A stretch of 64,000 bases of DNA from the NCBI GenBank assembly GCA_951406725.2, contig OX597828.1:36890001-36954000 (forward strand). The letters are read 5' to 3'. The notes under the pieces are model-generated. The model did not search any database. It was not told the origin of the DNA and saw only the letters and a list, made by a program, of their open reading frames with translations. This document shows positions 1 to 13,797 of this stretch, piece by piece. Made by a program: the position numbers and the translations under genes. Within the stretch, counting starts at the first letter, position 1. Every line of letters starts with the position of its first letter. The DNA is from Octopus vulgaris. Its lineage: Eukaryota.

Positions 1-92
1 AATGAAATTTAATAAATTTCATTCAATTTTAAAAAAGGTAAAATCGGACAGAACTTATGAGATGACCTGATATAATTGTATTTGAGTTTGTG

Positions 93-133
<41 letters not shown>

Positions 134-773
134 GTGTGTGCGTGCGCGCGTGTGTGTGTTACTGTTGTTAGTCTCCCTGAAGTCAACATTGATCCAACAG
201 AATTTTGTACAGTGACGATTCACTCATAATCACAGTTTGATCGTCTTTGACTAGAGAAGCTATCTGCTCTCAGTACTATTGATGTTTAAACTTAATGTGT
301 CTAGATAGAGTCTTCAGGGTTTATTTAGACTTCTGATCCGTCTTTCTGAGGTTTTTAAGAGACTGAGAATAGAAGACTTAATCCTGAATGTCAGTCAGTC
401 CCAAGGTTAATTTGCTGATTCTAGGTTTAATTTTCTGGTGGCTAGACTCGAGTAACGTGAAATAAAGTGCTTTGCTCAATGACGGGGCCTGGTAACCAGT
501 GCTGACCTGTCGCTTATTAACAACAACAACAACAACAACAACAACAAAAACAACAACATCAACAACAACCTTGCCGTACAGCGCTAGTATATAGAGCATT
601 CTATAATAAGTATAGCACATGCCATATTTATACATATAATAGAAACACAAAACAAACCTCTAAATGTACACATAAAATTAACTTCCATTATACACACACA
701 TGGAACTAACCGGCAATATACAAATACACACACGCGCATAAACAAAGACCAATCATCCATTATGCACGCGCAT

Positions 774-812
<39 letters not shown>

Positions 813-1239
813 CAGAACAAATCTCTACTTTACATAGATGAAACTTTCTACTGTAGCAAGTACGTACACAGACCCAGTCTCTTCTATAAACACTCGCACA
901 CGTTCACATGCACACTCAAGCAAACACACACGCACACACACACACACCAAATTTCTGCTGTACGTACGTGCAAACAGATCAAACACTATAAACACACACA
1001 CGTACGCAAACACAGAATAAAACTTAACAATATACACATACACACGCAGACAAAACTTACGCCATATACACACACGCACACACACAGACTACATTTTCTT
1101 CTATATCACACAGATACACATACATTTCCCACCAACCATCCAGGCATCATTTCATTTTAATCAAACTCATGATTAAACCAAAAAGTGTTTATGAGTTTTT
1201 CAGTATCGTATCCTTGTCTGCAGATGAAAACATACTCAT

Positions 1240-1375
1240 GCGCACGCGCACACGTTCGTACACACGCACACATTCGTACACACGCACACGTTCGTACACA
1301 CGCACACGTTCGTACACACGCACACGTTCGTACACACGCACACGTTCGTACACACGTTCGTACACACGTACGTAC
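1240..1375. repeat. 18-bp minisatellite (CACACGTTCGTACACACG)n
   Basis: About 7 tandem near-identical units read directly; explains the RTRSYT repeat ORFs. Confidence 0.85.
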
Positions 1376-1607
1376 AGACTAGAATTCAATCACTGCCAAT
1401 CAGAAACGTCTATAAGGAGACAAACTCACATATATCTATAAACACAGATACAGGACTGTTTACACAAATACACACGCATGCACACTCGCACACACACACA
1501 CACACACACAGATGAATATATATATATATGCATACGTGCGTATATATTTGTATGTATATGTAGAAATTTATGTATATAATGCATTTATGTGTGTGTATAT
1601 ATTTATG

Positions 1608-1674
<67 letters not shown>

Positions 1675-1678
1675 ATTT

Positions 1679-1752
<74 letters not shown>

Positions 1753-2014
1753 ACGTATGTATGGATGTCTATGTGTGTGTTTGTGTAGAAGCGTATGCGT
1801 AAACATACAGGCCTAAACGAAGTAAACATTCCACCCCACCCCACAACTACACACACACACATACACACATACACACACACACACACACACACAAACACAA
1901 ACACACACACGCCTGTACACGTAGCTCTTCTCCCCATAGAGACACGGCCATCATACACATCCCAGACGCAAACTTTTTTACAAAATACACAGCGGTGGGC
2001 AAAGGTCAATCATT

Positions 2015-2089
<75 letters not shown>

Positions 2090-2452
2090 AACTACTACTA
2101 CTACTGCTACTACTTTGTTGTTTGTTTTGACATGGTTTGTATTTGTTTGGTTTTGCTTTACTTTTCTAGTTTGTTAACTTTGCTATGAGATCGGCAATTT
2201 GCCATGATGGACGAAAGCAAACATCAGATGTAAATTCCGTCCTTAATTTAACCTCAACTTTCAAGTTGATCGCCCTTTTATTAATTAGTTTTTATTGATT
2301 ATCGATCACCTCTGCAATCATTTATCGTTTCCGTCGTCATCATCGCTACTGTCGATGCATGTATGTTTGTATGTATGTGTGTGTATGTGTGTAAATATAT
2401 GTACACATGTGATGCATATTGTACGCGTATATGTATATATGCATGTATGCAC

Positions 2453-2501
<49 letters not shown>

Positions 2502-2704
2502 AATATATATACATATATATTGTATATATATATATCTATATATATATATACATATAAATATATATATACACATATATATACATATATTGTATATATACAT
2601 ATATATACATATATGCATATATATACAAGTATATGAATGTATATATATATGTATATGTATATATGTATATATATATATAATATATAATATATATAATATA
2701 TATA

Positions 2705-2770
<66 letters not shown>

Positions 2771-2970
2771 TATGTATGAGGCTGAGTATTATATTTTATT
2801 GGAAGAGAAAACTTTATATGTAGTTACTCAGAATTTCTTGAAGACCATCAGTTGATTATCGATCTATGATCGAAAATGAGTATCTTGGAGTAATAATTGG
2901 CGAAGATTCAGCTCGTATTGAAAAACATACGTTTTCATTCAGGCATATATGCATGCTCACATACATATGT

Positions 2971-3001
<31 letters not shown>

Positions 3002-3133
3002 TACATGCATATAAATTTTATGGTATTTTGCAAAGTTAATACTCCATTTTTTAGAAGTGATCATTAGAAGAATATAAGTTTGTAAAAGTTACCTCCGACC
3101 TCACCATTATTCATTCATACATACATACATACA

Positions 3134-3182
<49 letters not shown>

Positions 3183-3232
3183 GTAATATATGTGTGTGTC
3201 TATATATATATATATACATATACATGTGTTTG

Positions 3233-3280
<48 letters not shown>

Positions 3281-4809
3281 ATCATATATATATATGTGTG
3301 TGTGTATATATGTATATATTACATCCTGGATTCTATTTTGTATCTGTGAATCTCGATCTTACCGACAAATACACAAATACACACGCTCATACATATATCG
3401 TACATTACCAAATTACATGGCGCAGTGAATTGATAAAACTTCAAATTTAGAAGAATTATCACAGGTCTTTGGAAATTCCGTTTTTCAGTTAAATGATGGA
3501 AGTTTTTTGTTATATTCATTCTTGCATTTTTTAATTTATTTTAGCTGTCACTACTTTGTTCCGTGTTTGTGGGTTAAACTTGCCTTTATTTAGGTTCCAA
3601 GATGAATTAATAGCAAAAATCAACAAAGAATGTTAAAAAATCCAGAAAACAAAAGCGAATGCAAAAACGCCACTGTAAATACAAAAACAAACACTTTACG
3701 TGTTAAAAATCTGGAAGAATTAAAGAATGAACGGAAGAATGGAAAAATTAATAATTAAAAAATAATGAATGAAACTCCCCAAAAAGTCCATAAAAGAAAA
3801 AATTCTAAAATCAAATATAAACAACAAGAATAAAGACGTTAAATAAATTAGCTTTTGCTGGCAATTAATTCTTTGATCTTTTGGAAGTTTTGTTGTTAAA
3901 AGTCTGCAATTACAAAACTATCATAGTTTAATGGAATTTTGAAAATAAATAAATGAAAAAAAAAAAAATGTGAAAGACAGCAACCGGAATTTTTTAGAAA
4001 ATAACTAAACATAAGAAACAAAAGAGAATAAATTTTTTTTTACGTTTATTTATTGAATTATTTGCTTATTTGTTTATCTATTGATCAATTAAATAACTTG
4101 TTTATTTTTAATTTAATTTATTTATGTTATTTGATTAGTTTGTAAAAATAATTTCAATACACAGTCGTCCTCTACCCCCTTTCTCTCTCTTTATATATAT
4201 ATATATATAAGTATATATATCTGTATATGTGTGTGTATATTTATACGTATATAGATATATAGATACACACCCACACTCGTACATATGTATGTGTGTATAT
4301 ATATATGTATATATATATATTACTGTTTCAGTTTTGCGATTATGTTCATGGAGAAGCTACAACAATGGCGGGTTTCAGGGGATAACACTCGACCCCAGGT
4401 CTTATTTCAATATGGTTCCTATTTCAGCGAAACTTATCTATTGAAGCGGTAAGTTATGTATTTGTCTTAACGGGTCACAATTCGCCAAATAAGCTAACAT
4501 GAACATGGACGAGAATACACCAGCAATTTATGCACACAGACGCATGCTTACACTCACACATCTACGCACGTACTCGACTAAGTAACAAATGATATATATT
4601 TAGAAAATAGATATGTATATGAACTGATGGATGTAGAAGCTTGATAATGTCAGCAACACATAAGTTTGTACTTATGTCTTTTTTTGTGTCAAAATTCAGT
4701 CTTTCGCACATTCATGTATAATACACGTTGTACTTGAATGAGTTTCTGAAATTGGTCAGTTTCTGAAATTGTCAGCGATTTTGGAATAGGAGGTGTTAAT
4801 TGAATCGAT

Positions 4810-5322
4810 CATTATTTTACCGAAGAACAAAGCCAAGTGACTTCAAACATTATAAGAGCTTCTTGAAATTTTTCAAGAATGTACTTCTTCAGGGTACACG
4901 AAAAGCAAAATTTAATATCCTGCTTAACAAATAAAAATGTTGCATTTCAAATGATACAATTCTGTGTTGACAGGAACATGATAGGCGTTCAACGCTATAT
5001 GATTTATAAAATGCAGGGACAATGCAACTATTTAAGGGGCAGCTCTTTAATACTGTCTTAGGACTCTTACAGATTTGTCCAGGTTTATTTCATGGAAGGT
5101 AATGAAATATAGCAAAAGATGCATAGATGCTCATGACGGATTGAAGTCAGTTACGAATAGCCATAAAGTCATAGAAATTACTTCACCAAAATTACATGTA
5201 GGTTAATATAATTAACTCAGTCCTGGAGCGCACAAAACGAGAGCAGGAATCACAAAAGATGCAACATCAGAACAAACTAACGTGTAGTTGAAGGAAATGA
5301 ACGTTGATATAACACAATTGTT
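4810..5322 (+). pseudogene. Decayed Helitron Rep/helicase N-terminal coding fragment
   Basis: Translations AFQMIQF, YKMQGQCNYLRGS, RFVQVYFMEG and LLHQNY resemble Helitron motifs YNxAFQMTSFG, FKIQGQxYHxxGSLLP and KFxQIYF; many stops. Confidence 0.65.
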
Positions 5323-5323
5323 A

Positions 5324-5708
5324 CTAACCCTAACCCTAAACCTAACCCTAACCCTAACCCTAGCCCTAGCCCTAACCCTAATCTTAACCCTAACCCAAAT
5401 CCTAGGGCAAACCCTAACCCTAACTCTAACCCTAACCCTAACCCTAACCGTAACCGTAACCGTAACCCCAAACCTAACCCTAACCCTAACCCTAACCCTA
5501 ACCGTAACCCTAAACCTAACGCTAAACCTAACCCTAACCCTAACCCTAACGCTAAACCTAACCCTAATCCTAACCCGAACCGTAACGCTAACCCTAAACC
5601 TAACCCTAACGCTAACCCTAACCCTAACCCTAAACCTAACCCTAATACCAACCCTTACCCTAACCCTAACCCTAAACCTGACCCTAACCCTAATCCTATC
5701 CCTAACCC
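5324..5708 (-). repeat. Interstitial degenerate telomeric-type array (CCCTAA)n = (TTAGGG)n
   Basis: About 64 hexamers with variants (CCGTAA, ACCTAA, CGCTAA); non-telomeric sequence on both sides. Confidence 0.9.
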
Positions 5709-6143
5709 GAAAGATGTATCTTCAAATCTAAATATGGCAGGGAATCAGTTGAAACAAATCTGCGATATACAGAAACAATCAACCAGCTTTGGTGGCTAAA
5801 AGAATTATAAAAGGAATACCGAGCTTCAAGCGAAGAATTCAGACGTAGTTAAGGGACTACATCAAAAAGCAAGAAGCCATCAATTTTAATGGTAAATCAC
5901 GAAACGCTGATTAGTCAATCCCACTGCGGCCAATCTATCCAACAGCACCTAATTATATCTAAAGATCTACACATACAATGGGCTACTGGAATGGACATAA
6001 ATATCAAATGAATATTTTCGAAGGATACAAAAATATTAGGTTCATAAGCTCGAAAATTAACTCTATAATTGACCACAGGCATATGGCGTAGTGGTTAAAG
6101 TGCGAGCTACTAACCCCAAGATTCCATGCTGTACCTTGAATAG

Positions 6144-6243
<100 letters not shown>

Positions 6244-6261
6244 GAAGAAGAAGAAGAATAA

Positions 6262-6817
6262 AATGCCCTGATGCAGTACCAGGCATGGTTCTCATGGCTT
6301 CTGATCTTAACTGATTGGAAGTGTTATCACGTACATTGCTTTGACTTGGGACGAAAGATGGGCTACAGCAAATATTCTGCTCAATACCACAGATTTGCTT
6401 GTCAGTTGTTTGATCTTAACCAGTTGAGCATGTCCCTTAGTGGCTGATGATATGTGCATCTCTGATCACGAGCAGAAGTAGTGGGGGAGTATCATAGCCA
6501 TGTGTTGAGAGGGATTCTTTGGGGTTTGAATAATTCACCTCTGGAAACATGGGTGTTTCGTTCAACATCCTTAAACAACCCTTACTGCGGGACCTTTTGA
6601 GCAGGATGGGTTACTCGACCAGAAGAAAATTCTAACTGGGCCCCACCTACAAGGTCATGTGCTGTTTATCTTGATATGAGATCATCATGTCGCGCACATA
6701 TGGTTGTGATGCATGTGCCTAGTGTACCCTTATCAGACGGGTAGTCATGATGGGTATACTGGGCTTCATATATTTTACCCCAGTGTTACTTTGATGGCAT
6801 GCACTGCTCTCTCACTC
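6262..6817. mobile_element. ~560-bp non-coding interspersed element embedded in (TAA)n
   Basis: Higher-GC block flanked on both sides by long (TAA)n tracts; no convincing ORF. Confidence 0.55.
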
Positions 6818-6900
<83 letters not shown>

Positions 6901-6924
6901 TAATAATAATAGCAACAACAAAAA

Positions 6925-7065
6925 GTACCTTAGGAATGAGAATTCAGGGTTGGGTTCAAAATTCTACCAGGACACCTGATGAAGTCTGGAGAGTAATTCA
7001 GCCGAAACGATGTGGTAACAACAAGATGAGGACATATATCCGTCCAATGTAAATAATGTAAATAA
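6925..7065 (+). mobile_element. Short PLE-terminal-repeat-like element with degenerate type I hammerhead
   Basis: GACAC-CTGATGA-(a)gtctgga...ttcagcc-GAAAC-GAT-GTGGT at 6971-7016; the cleavage-site U is mutated; lies between (TAA)n and (TA)n. Confidence 0.6.
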
Positions 7066-7089
7066 TATATATATATATATATATAAAGT

Positions 7090-7615
<526 letters not shown>

Positions 7616-8573
7616 GTACATATATGTGTGCGTGCGTGTGAGTGTGTATGTGCGTGTGTATGTATGTATGTTTATATGTGTGCGTGTGTGTGTCTGGGTG
7701 TGTAGATATATATGAGTGAACGCGTATGTACGCTTTTATTCATATAATTACACACCGCCATTTTGAAAGTTTGTATCTCTTACCTAATTTTTGCCGAGTT
7801 TTTGGTTGATGCTGCTACTAAAATTATTATTATTTGTTGCAGTTGCTGTATTTATTGCAGTCAGTTTCTCTTATAATATTTATTGTTATCGTAGATATTT
7901 CAACCTTGTATTTGCCAAATACACCGGAAATTATTTTACCAATGTTGGAAGCCAACGATCATAAATTATTGATATTCTGCAAGTATTTATATAGGCCAGT
8001 TTTGTTGTTACAGAGTTGTTAGGAAATGAAACCTGGACCTCTATTCTTATCGTTGCAATATCTTTGTAGTTATTTAGTTGTTTTTGTGTTCACCTTTATC
8101 GTTCTTTTGCCTTTCTCTACTTCTTTATCACTCTCCCTCTCTGTCCGTAAATCTCTTTGTTTCGTACTCTCCGCTGATTCTTACTGTTTGTATGTTTGGG
8201 TGTGTGTCTGTAAGCTGGCATTCACATCTGTATTTCGTCTTTTTCTAAGAGTATGCATATGAACAAAGAGACCACAACGCACACTCACGCACGCACATAC
8301 ATGCATACATACATACATACATACATACATACATACATACATACATACATACATACATACATACGTACATACATACATATAGTTATGCATACACACAGAG
8401 ATACATACGTACATGTATATAAAAGAAAATTATATATATATATATATACGTGTGAGTGTATGTTTTGATATATATATATATTTACGCATGTATATGAATA
8501 TACACATACATATACACACACGCACGCACACACATAATTATTAAAATATACTTTTATTTATGTTGACATACCT

Positions 8574-8666
<93 letters not shown>

Positions 8667-8696
8667 TATATAATTTATATTGATCCGGCCCTTCCG

Positions 8697-9935
8697 ATGC
8701 CATCATTCGGTCATCAGGATAGGGCCGTCTATAATAACATAAACAATTTAAGTAAGGACGGGAGCGCGGCGGATGCCGGGGTAGTCGCTCCCGCATTTAA
8801 TTTAGTGAACAAGGATAATTATCGGTCCGGGAGATCTTACACTAACCCAAGACCCGTTATTCATCCGAGAATCACCCACCCGAATGCGATAGCTGGCGTC
8901 CCGACCCATCACACAGATAGGAATAAGCATATATGGTTTGTAATTCCCTTTGGTAAGCAGATTAGAACTAACCTCCCCCTCATGTTTAGACAAGCCATCG
9001 CCAATAACTTCCCCAGAAATTCCAAATATTACTCCACGGTTAACTCGCATAAAGTTAGGATAGCTTTCTCCAACACTAAAAACCTCGCCCAGATAATCGC
9101 CTCCCATAATAATAGGCTACTTACTAAGACCCTATCACCTTTTTCCGGAGGCACAGCCTCTTCCGCTCCCGGTTTAATGCTCAGTAGGAATAATTATAGT
9201 AGTAATAATGATATGAGAGCCAGTACAGTGACACATAATCTCAGCTCCAGCCAGGGAGTACCCACTAGGGGTATAGTTATAAATAGGGGTGTTGTGGTTG
9301 ACGGTAACAATGGGAGTAGGGTAGAGAGCCCCAATAGCATCCCCAGCATCATTTCCCGCAATAGCAGCACCACGGGCACTAGCAATGACAGCACTCTGAT
9401 AGATAGTGGAGAATCAGGGGTTATTCCTATAGTTAATAGTGACGTAGTGGAAAATAGAGTAGTAAGCGGCTGCAGTTCTCGGAACGAATATAGTGACAGG
9501 AACGCAGTTCTAATTTCAGAAACTAATCCTAGCAGAATAAGATTCACGTCGGCGAACTCCAAGATCAAAAACGCCGTCTACCAATGCAAGGTTTACACGG
9601 ACTCAGATGTCTTCACTTATGTGGGGGCCTCATCGTCAAGATTGGCTTTGCGAGTCTCCAACCATTACGCAACTTTTCGGGACATGAACAAGCGCCAGAC
9701 CACGGGACTCAGCAAGCTAATATGGCGACTGAAGGATACGAACTCAAGCTACAGGCTGGAATGGTCAATTTTGTCGGTGGCCCTCCCATTTGATAGGGGC
9801 AGAAGGCAGTGCAACCTTTGTGTCTCCGAACTCTTCCATATTTTGTTTGCCAGAGGCCGGATGGTAAACGGACTTTTACAGTCGGCTTTTCGATGCCCCC
9901 ATTGGCGGCGTTACACTTATCTGGCTTTTAAATAG
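8697..9935 (+). CDS. PLE polyprotein C-terminal part: RT thumb-like region, Ser/Asn-rich linker and GIY-YIG endonuclease
   Basis: aa 79-142 IWFVIPFGKQIRTNL..FP..KVRIAFSNTKNLAQIIASHN resembles the PLE IWFNPPFSxxVxTN..FP..KLSYS..NxxxIIxxHN block; aa 293-310 AVY..YVG, followed by R..NH, LSKLIW.LK, W.IL and CNLC..E. The frame stays open back to the TA boundary, which fits 5' truncation; no RT catalytic core is present. Confidence 0.85.
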   Translation: MPSFGHQDRAVYNNINNLSKDGSAADAGVVAPAFNLVNKDNYRSGRSYTNPRPVIHPRITHPNAIAGVPTHHTDRNKHIWFVIPFGKQIRTNLPLMFRQAIANNFPRNSKYYSTVNSHKVRIAFSNTKNLAQIIASHNNRLLTKTLSPFSGGTASSAPGLMLSRNNYSSNNDMRASTVTHNLSSSQGVPTRGIVINRGVVVDGNNGSRVESPNSIPSIISRNSSTTGTSNDSTLIDSGESGVIPIVNSDVVENRVVSGCSSRNEYSDRNAVLISETNPSRIRFTSANSKIKNAVYQCKVYTDSDVFTYVGASSSRLALRVSNHYATFRDMNKRQTTGLSKLIWRLKDTNSSYRLEWSILSVALPFDRGRRQCNLCVSELFHILFARGRMVNGLLQSAFRCPHWRRYTYLAFK

Positions 9936-10542
9936 CGTTTATAAATAATACCGGCACCCATAGCCCTTGGTAACAAATTCTGAAATAGCCTTTAAGATAT
10001 TTACGATTAACCACTGCAAGGGGAATTACCCCTGTAAGATAAACGGGGCTTGGTTTTTTGACAACGGGGGGTTACCTTGACAAGGCAGGCTCAGACGAAC
10101 ACACACACACATAAAACATAATATATATTTTTTTCTGCCACCCAACGGTTCTTACTGCAGTAGCCATTGTGGAGAGCGGTTTAGCCACTGACAGCCGAGC
10201 GATCAAACGCACACACGTACACAAAAAAATGTTTTCTACCCCTACGCCAGCACACACATATATAGAACAGTATCCACACACATGTCTCTAAGTAGATTTT
10301 TCTCGCCCCTTATAAAACATCCAATATTCTTTAAATAGTCAGAGCTTTATTCTCGGTCACAAAGAACATCTACACACCCTCACCCACATGATTGACCGCT
10401 GCCTGACCCGTTAAAATCTTCAGCCACCGGTTCTCAACATACACTGATAAACAGTTTTGCCATGGGCTCTTAGGAGCCTAGTTCGATTTGTTTTGCTCCG
10501 CCTCTGTTCTGTTTTTGTTTTTTCCAACGGATTTCCTATTTC

Positions 10543-10622
10543 TTCCTGAAGAGAAAGACACAATATGGTCTCATTATTCAATCGGATTTTGGTAAATTGT
10601 GCCTTTCGAAACACGTGTAGAA
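10543..10622 (+). ncRNA. Type I hammerhead ribozyme with intact core in the PLE 3' region
   Basis: TTC-CTGAAGA(10546-52); stem II GAAAGACACAAT/ATTGTGCCTTTC (11 of 12 bp); GAAAC-ACGT-GTA-GAA; palindromic stem III; predicted cleavage after A10619. Confidence 0.8.
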
Positions 10623-10682
10623 TGAAATAAAACGATTTCTGTTCAATCTTCGTTCAGCTCCATTTCTTCAATTCACCAATAA

Positions 10683-10736
<54 letters not shown>

Positions 10737-10991
10737 TTCCATAAATATTCCCTCTTCCTTAAAGTATAATGCAAATAACATATTGTACAAATGCATACAT
10801 ATATAAATTCACACATCCATACAAACATACATATATATTCATACATATAGACATGCACACATATATATATATAGTTTTTTTTGTCTTTCTTTTAGTGCAG
10901 TTGACACCGCCGGATTGAATGGTACTGTCCAGGTGTCGAAATGATAATGATATCCGTGGGGCAGCTGATGATGGAGGTATGTTGGATTGTT

Positions 10992-11038
<47 letters not shown>

Positions 11039-11158
11039 GTATATATATAAATTCCTCTTATTAATTGTAATATAATTTGTAAATCTTCGGATTCTTTTGG
11101 AATGTGCTAGACCACTGGTTAAATTGATGTTAATTGATTGATATCAATTTCTACCCTC

Positions 11159-11214
<56 letters not shown>

Positions 11215-11217
<3 letters not shown>

Positions 11218-12358
11218 AAGTAAAATTGGAAGGTATCGCACGAGTGAAAATATATAGAGAAGAAGATTTGAAAATGTAGAGGTCTTTTAAAGATGTTTAT
11301 TGACTTGACCGGTTTCGCTTTCTTAAAGAAAGGTTTTCAAAAGTAAAATGCAAGGCTTTGTGTAGCCTTTGTGGTGTTAAAAATTCGTTAAGTTAGATGT
11401 ATTAAAATACAGTGATAGAGTCTTTAATAATGATGAGAAAATGTTAAGAAACAGAATCCTTGACACTAATAAGAAAATGTTAAGAGAGGATTTGTGTTTA
11501 AGCAGTTTACATAAAAGTGTTCAAAATAAGCAGTAAAATATGTTCATAATTGTTTATAAGTTCATCAGAAATCCTAATTGTTTAAAAGGATTTTAGGGGA
11601 ATGACCAATGACCAACCTCTTTTCTTCATCTCCACTCTTGTATATACATGCAATGAGTCCACCGAAACCCATACCATCCTGCGACAGCAGGCCTTTGCAA
11701 CTTGAAATTCCTCACCAGTGGTATTGACGTGTTTTGTTGCAGCATTATATAACCAAATTCCTGTAAAGCATGGAAGGTGACCATGTCATTTGCGTAAGAA
11801 ATTACTATCGCACTTCTCCATTTTCTTCATTAACATTTTAATAGTTTTTCATGCATTCGGTATTGCCTTATGCATCGCGAAAATAGGCCATGTTGCTAAC
11901 ACTGCACCTTAAATATTTCCTGCCAAATCGTAATTGTCAATGACAGTTAGAACTAGTTTAAACTTGTTCAATGTCAACAATCCTATTGGCATCATTTAAA
12001 GGTTTTGCGTAGACACAGGGAAGGTGACGACTGGAATAAACTCCCATCCATTTTTAAAACCAAAATATAAAATTAAAATATAGTTTAATGTACTGAACGT
12101 TGATAAAGTGATATAAGGGCCTGATGATTGGGGTTACATTTTAAGAAGGGTTCCAGAAAAACACGGAGTGGTTTAGGAACCCGAGGATGTACCTCATGAA
12201 ACACGTGTTGCCAAGTAATAAAACAGTAGGTATTTAAAATAAAAATAAAAATTCTTTTTATATGGTGAGATGTAGGGGGCCTTCTATCTCTAAATTAAAA
12301 TATATTTCTACATTGAAAGTAATTTGAACCTCTGTTATACGGGAATTTTTATTCCCTA

Positions 12359-12360
<2 letters not shown>
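11215..12360 (-). mobile_element. Decayed PLE-like remnant with degenerate hammerhead at 11303-11344
   Basis: Minus strand ACTT-ttgaaaa-cctttctt/aagaaagc-GAAAC-CG-GTC-AAGT; bounded by (TA)n; only weak, stop-riddled coding resemblance. Confidence 0.4.
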
Positions 12361-12407
<47 letters not shown>

Positions 12408-12410
<3 letters not shown>

Positions 12411-12805
12411 ATATATATAAAAGTGAAGTTGTGTGTCTGTCTCCTACGATTTAGATTCCTAACTACTCCCACATTTTGCGGTGCAGTTTAACCAAATGTG
12501 GGTATCTTATAGTCGTGATTCATATCGAGCCCTTCTGGGTATTAGCGCGCGTCTACGATGAGTCTACGATTTAAAAAAAGAATTACTATCATTTTTTTCC
12601 ATTTTAATGCATTTTTTCGCTATTATATAAGGGAAGTAACTCTCTAAAAATGTCTACGATGAGTCAACGATTAAAAAAAAAAAATTACCATAATTTGTTT
12701 TCCATTTTTAATGCATTTTTTTGCTATTTTTTGGGTATAACTCTCTAAAAATGCTTATATAGTTATTTCCCTTACAAACCCGAGCAACGCCGGGCGATAC
12801 CGCTA

Positions 12806-12806
<1 letters not shown>
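12408..12806 (+). mobile_element. Non-autonomous Helitron
   Basis: 5' TC(TATATATATAAAAG), 3' hairpin CCCGAGCAACGCCGGG then CTAG, inserted between A and T; internal ~100-bp tandem duplication (12553-12755). Confidence 0.8.
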
Positions 12807-12845
<39 letters not shown>

Positions 12846-12879
12846 GTATATTTGTATGTACATTTTGTTCGTATGTAAA

Positions 12880-13230
12880 TAAATGGGTGTGCTGTTTAGA
12901 AGCTTGCTTGCCACCACGTAGTTTCAGTTCGACCCTACGTCTTGTAAATGAATTTGAGGGACGGAAACTGAAGGAAGCCCGTCGTATACACCCACGCACA
13001 CATATATATGTATGCATGTGTGTGTATCGTTGTGTTTGACTTTGTCCCCACTCTACCCCTTGACAACCGGTATTCGTATGTTTACGTCCCCTTAAGCTTG
13101 CGGTTCAACATAAGAGACGGACAGAATAAGTACCAGGCTTAAAAAAAAAACTTGTATTGGGGCCGATATGTTCGACGAAATCTCACAAGGTGTGCACCAT
13201 CATGGCAGCAAAGACCTACAGAATTAAAAG
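12880..13230 (+). mobile_element. Degraded SINE family A
   Basis: ACGGAAACTGAAGGAAGCCCGTCGTATA and TTGACAACCGG..TTTACGTCCCC..AGAATAAGTACCAGGCTT blocks. Confidence 0.7.
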
Positions 13231-13719
13231 ATAACACACACACACACACACACAATACATTCACACACAATTATTTATAGTCCTCGTTCTTTCTATATTT
13301 TAAAATTATCTCCCTTTTTATCCCCCTCTTCTTTCTCTCCCTCTTCTCTGCTATTCTTCCTCTCCTCGTCAATTCTCAATCATGTTCACACTAAATACCC
13401 AATATCTAAGCGCCATTTCAATCATATATTAAGATCTTATTCACCTTGCTTCGTATTTCCGGTATCTCCATTTACCATTCTACCGTGAAACTATTCAGTA
13501 CCAACGGTTTCCGGGTTCACTTCGCATCGATAGCTATTACCTCACAACTGTTGTATTCTCAAATTCTGTCCTTTCAACTTCCTTCCACATATCTCTTCTC
13601 TCTCTGTCTTTTACTGATGTTGTCTCTCTGTTTACCGGTGTATAGTTTCCTAACTCTCCGGCTGTCTGCCTATCTGTCGGTTGATCTCACTTTATGTTTA
13701 TCCATGTATGTGACTTTGC

Positions 13720-13797
<78 letters not shown>

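Larger units (their letters stand above)
8680..10688 (+). mobile_element. 5'-truncated Penelope-like retroelement inserted in (TA)n
   Basis: GC-richer block bounded by (TA)n on both sides; contains the RT-C-terminus/GIY-YIG ORF and a 3' region with a hammerhead ribozyme, a hallmark of PLE terminal repeats. Confidence 0.85.

Noticed and set aside
5277-5731. LG/LT-repeat ORFs, or a true chromosome end
   Set aside because: Translation of (CCCTAA)n; the array is short, degenerate and internal.
8681-8730. Minus-strand CTGATGA-CCGA..TCGG hairpin at the PLE 5' boundary as a hammerhead
   Set aside because: No GAAA and no stem III or UH site after the stem; it lies within coding sequence.
9936-10540. 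SECIS element (some Naiad PLEs encode selenoproteins)
   Set aside because: The surviving ORF has no in-frame TGA, and I could not see a clear AUGA..AA..GA kink-turn hairpin by eye; SECISearch would be needed.
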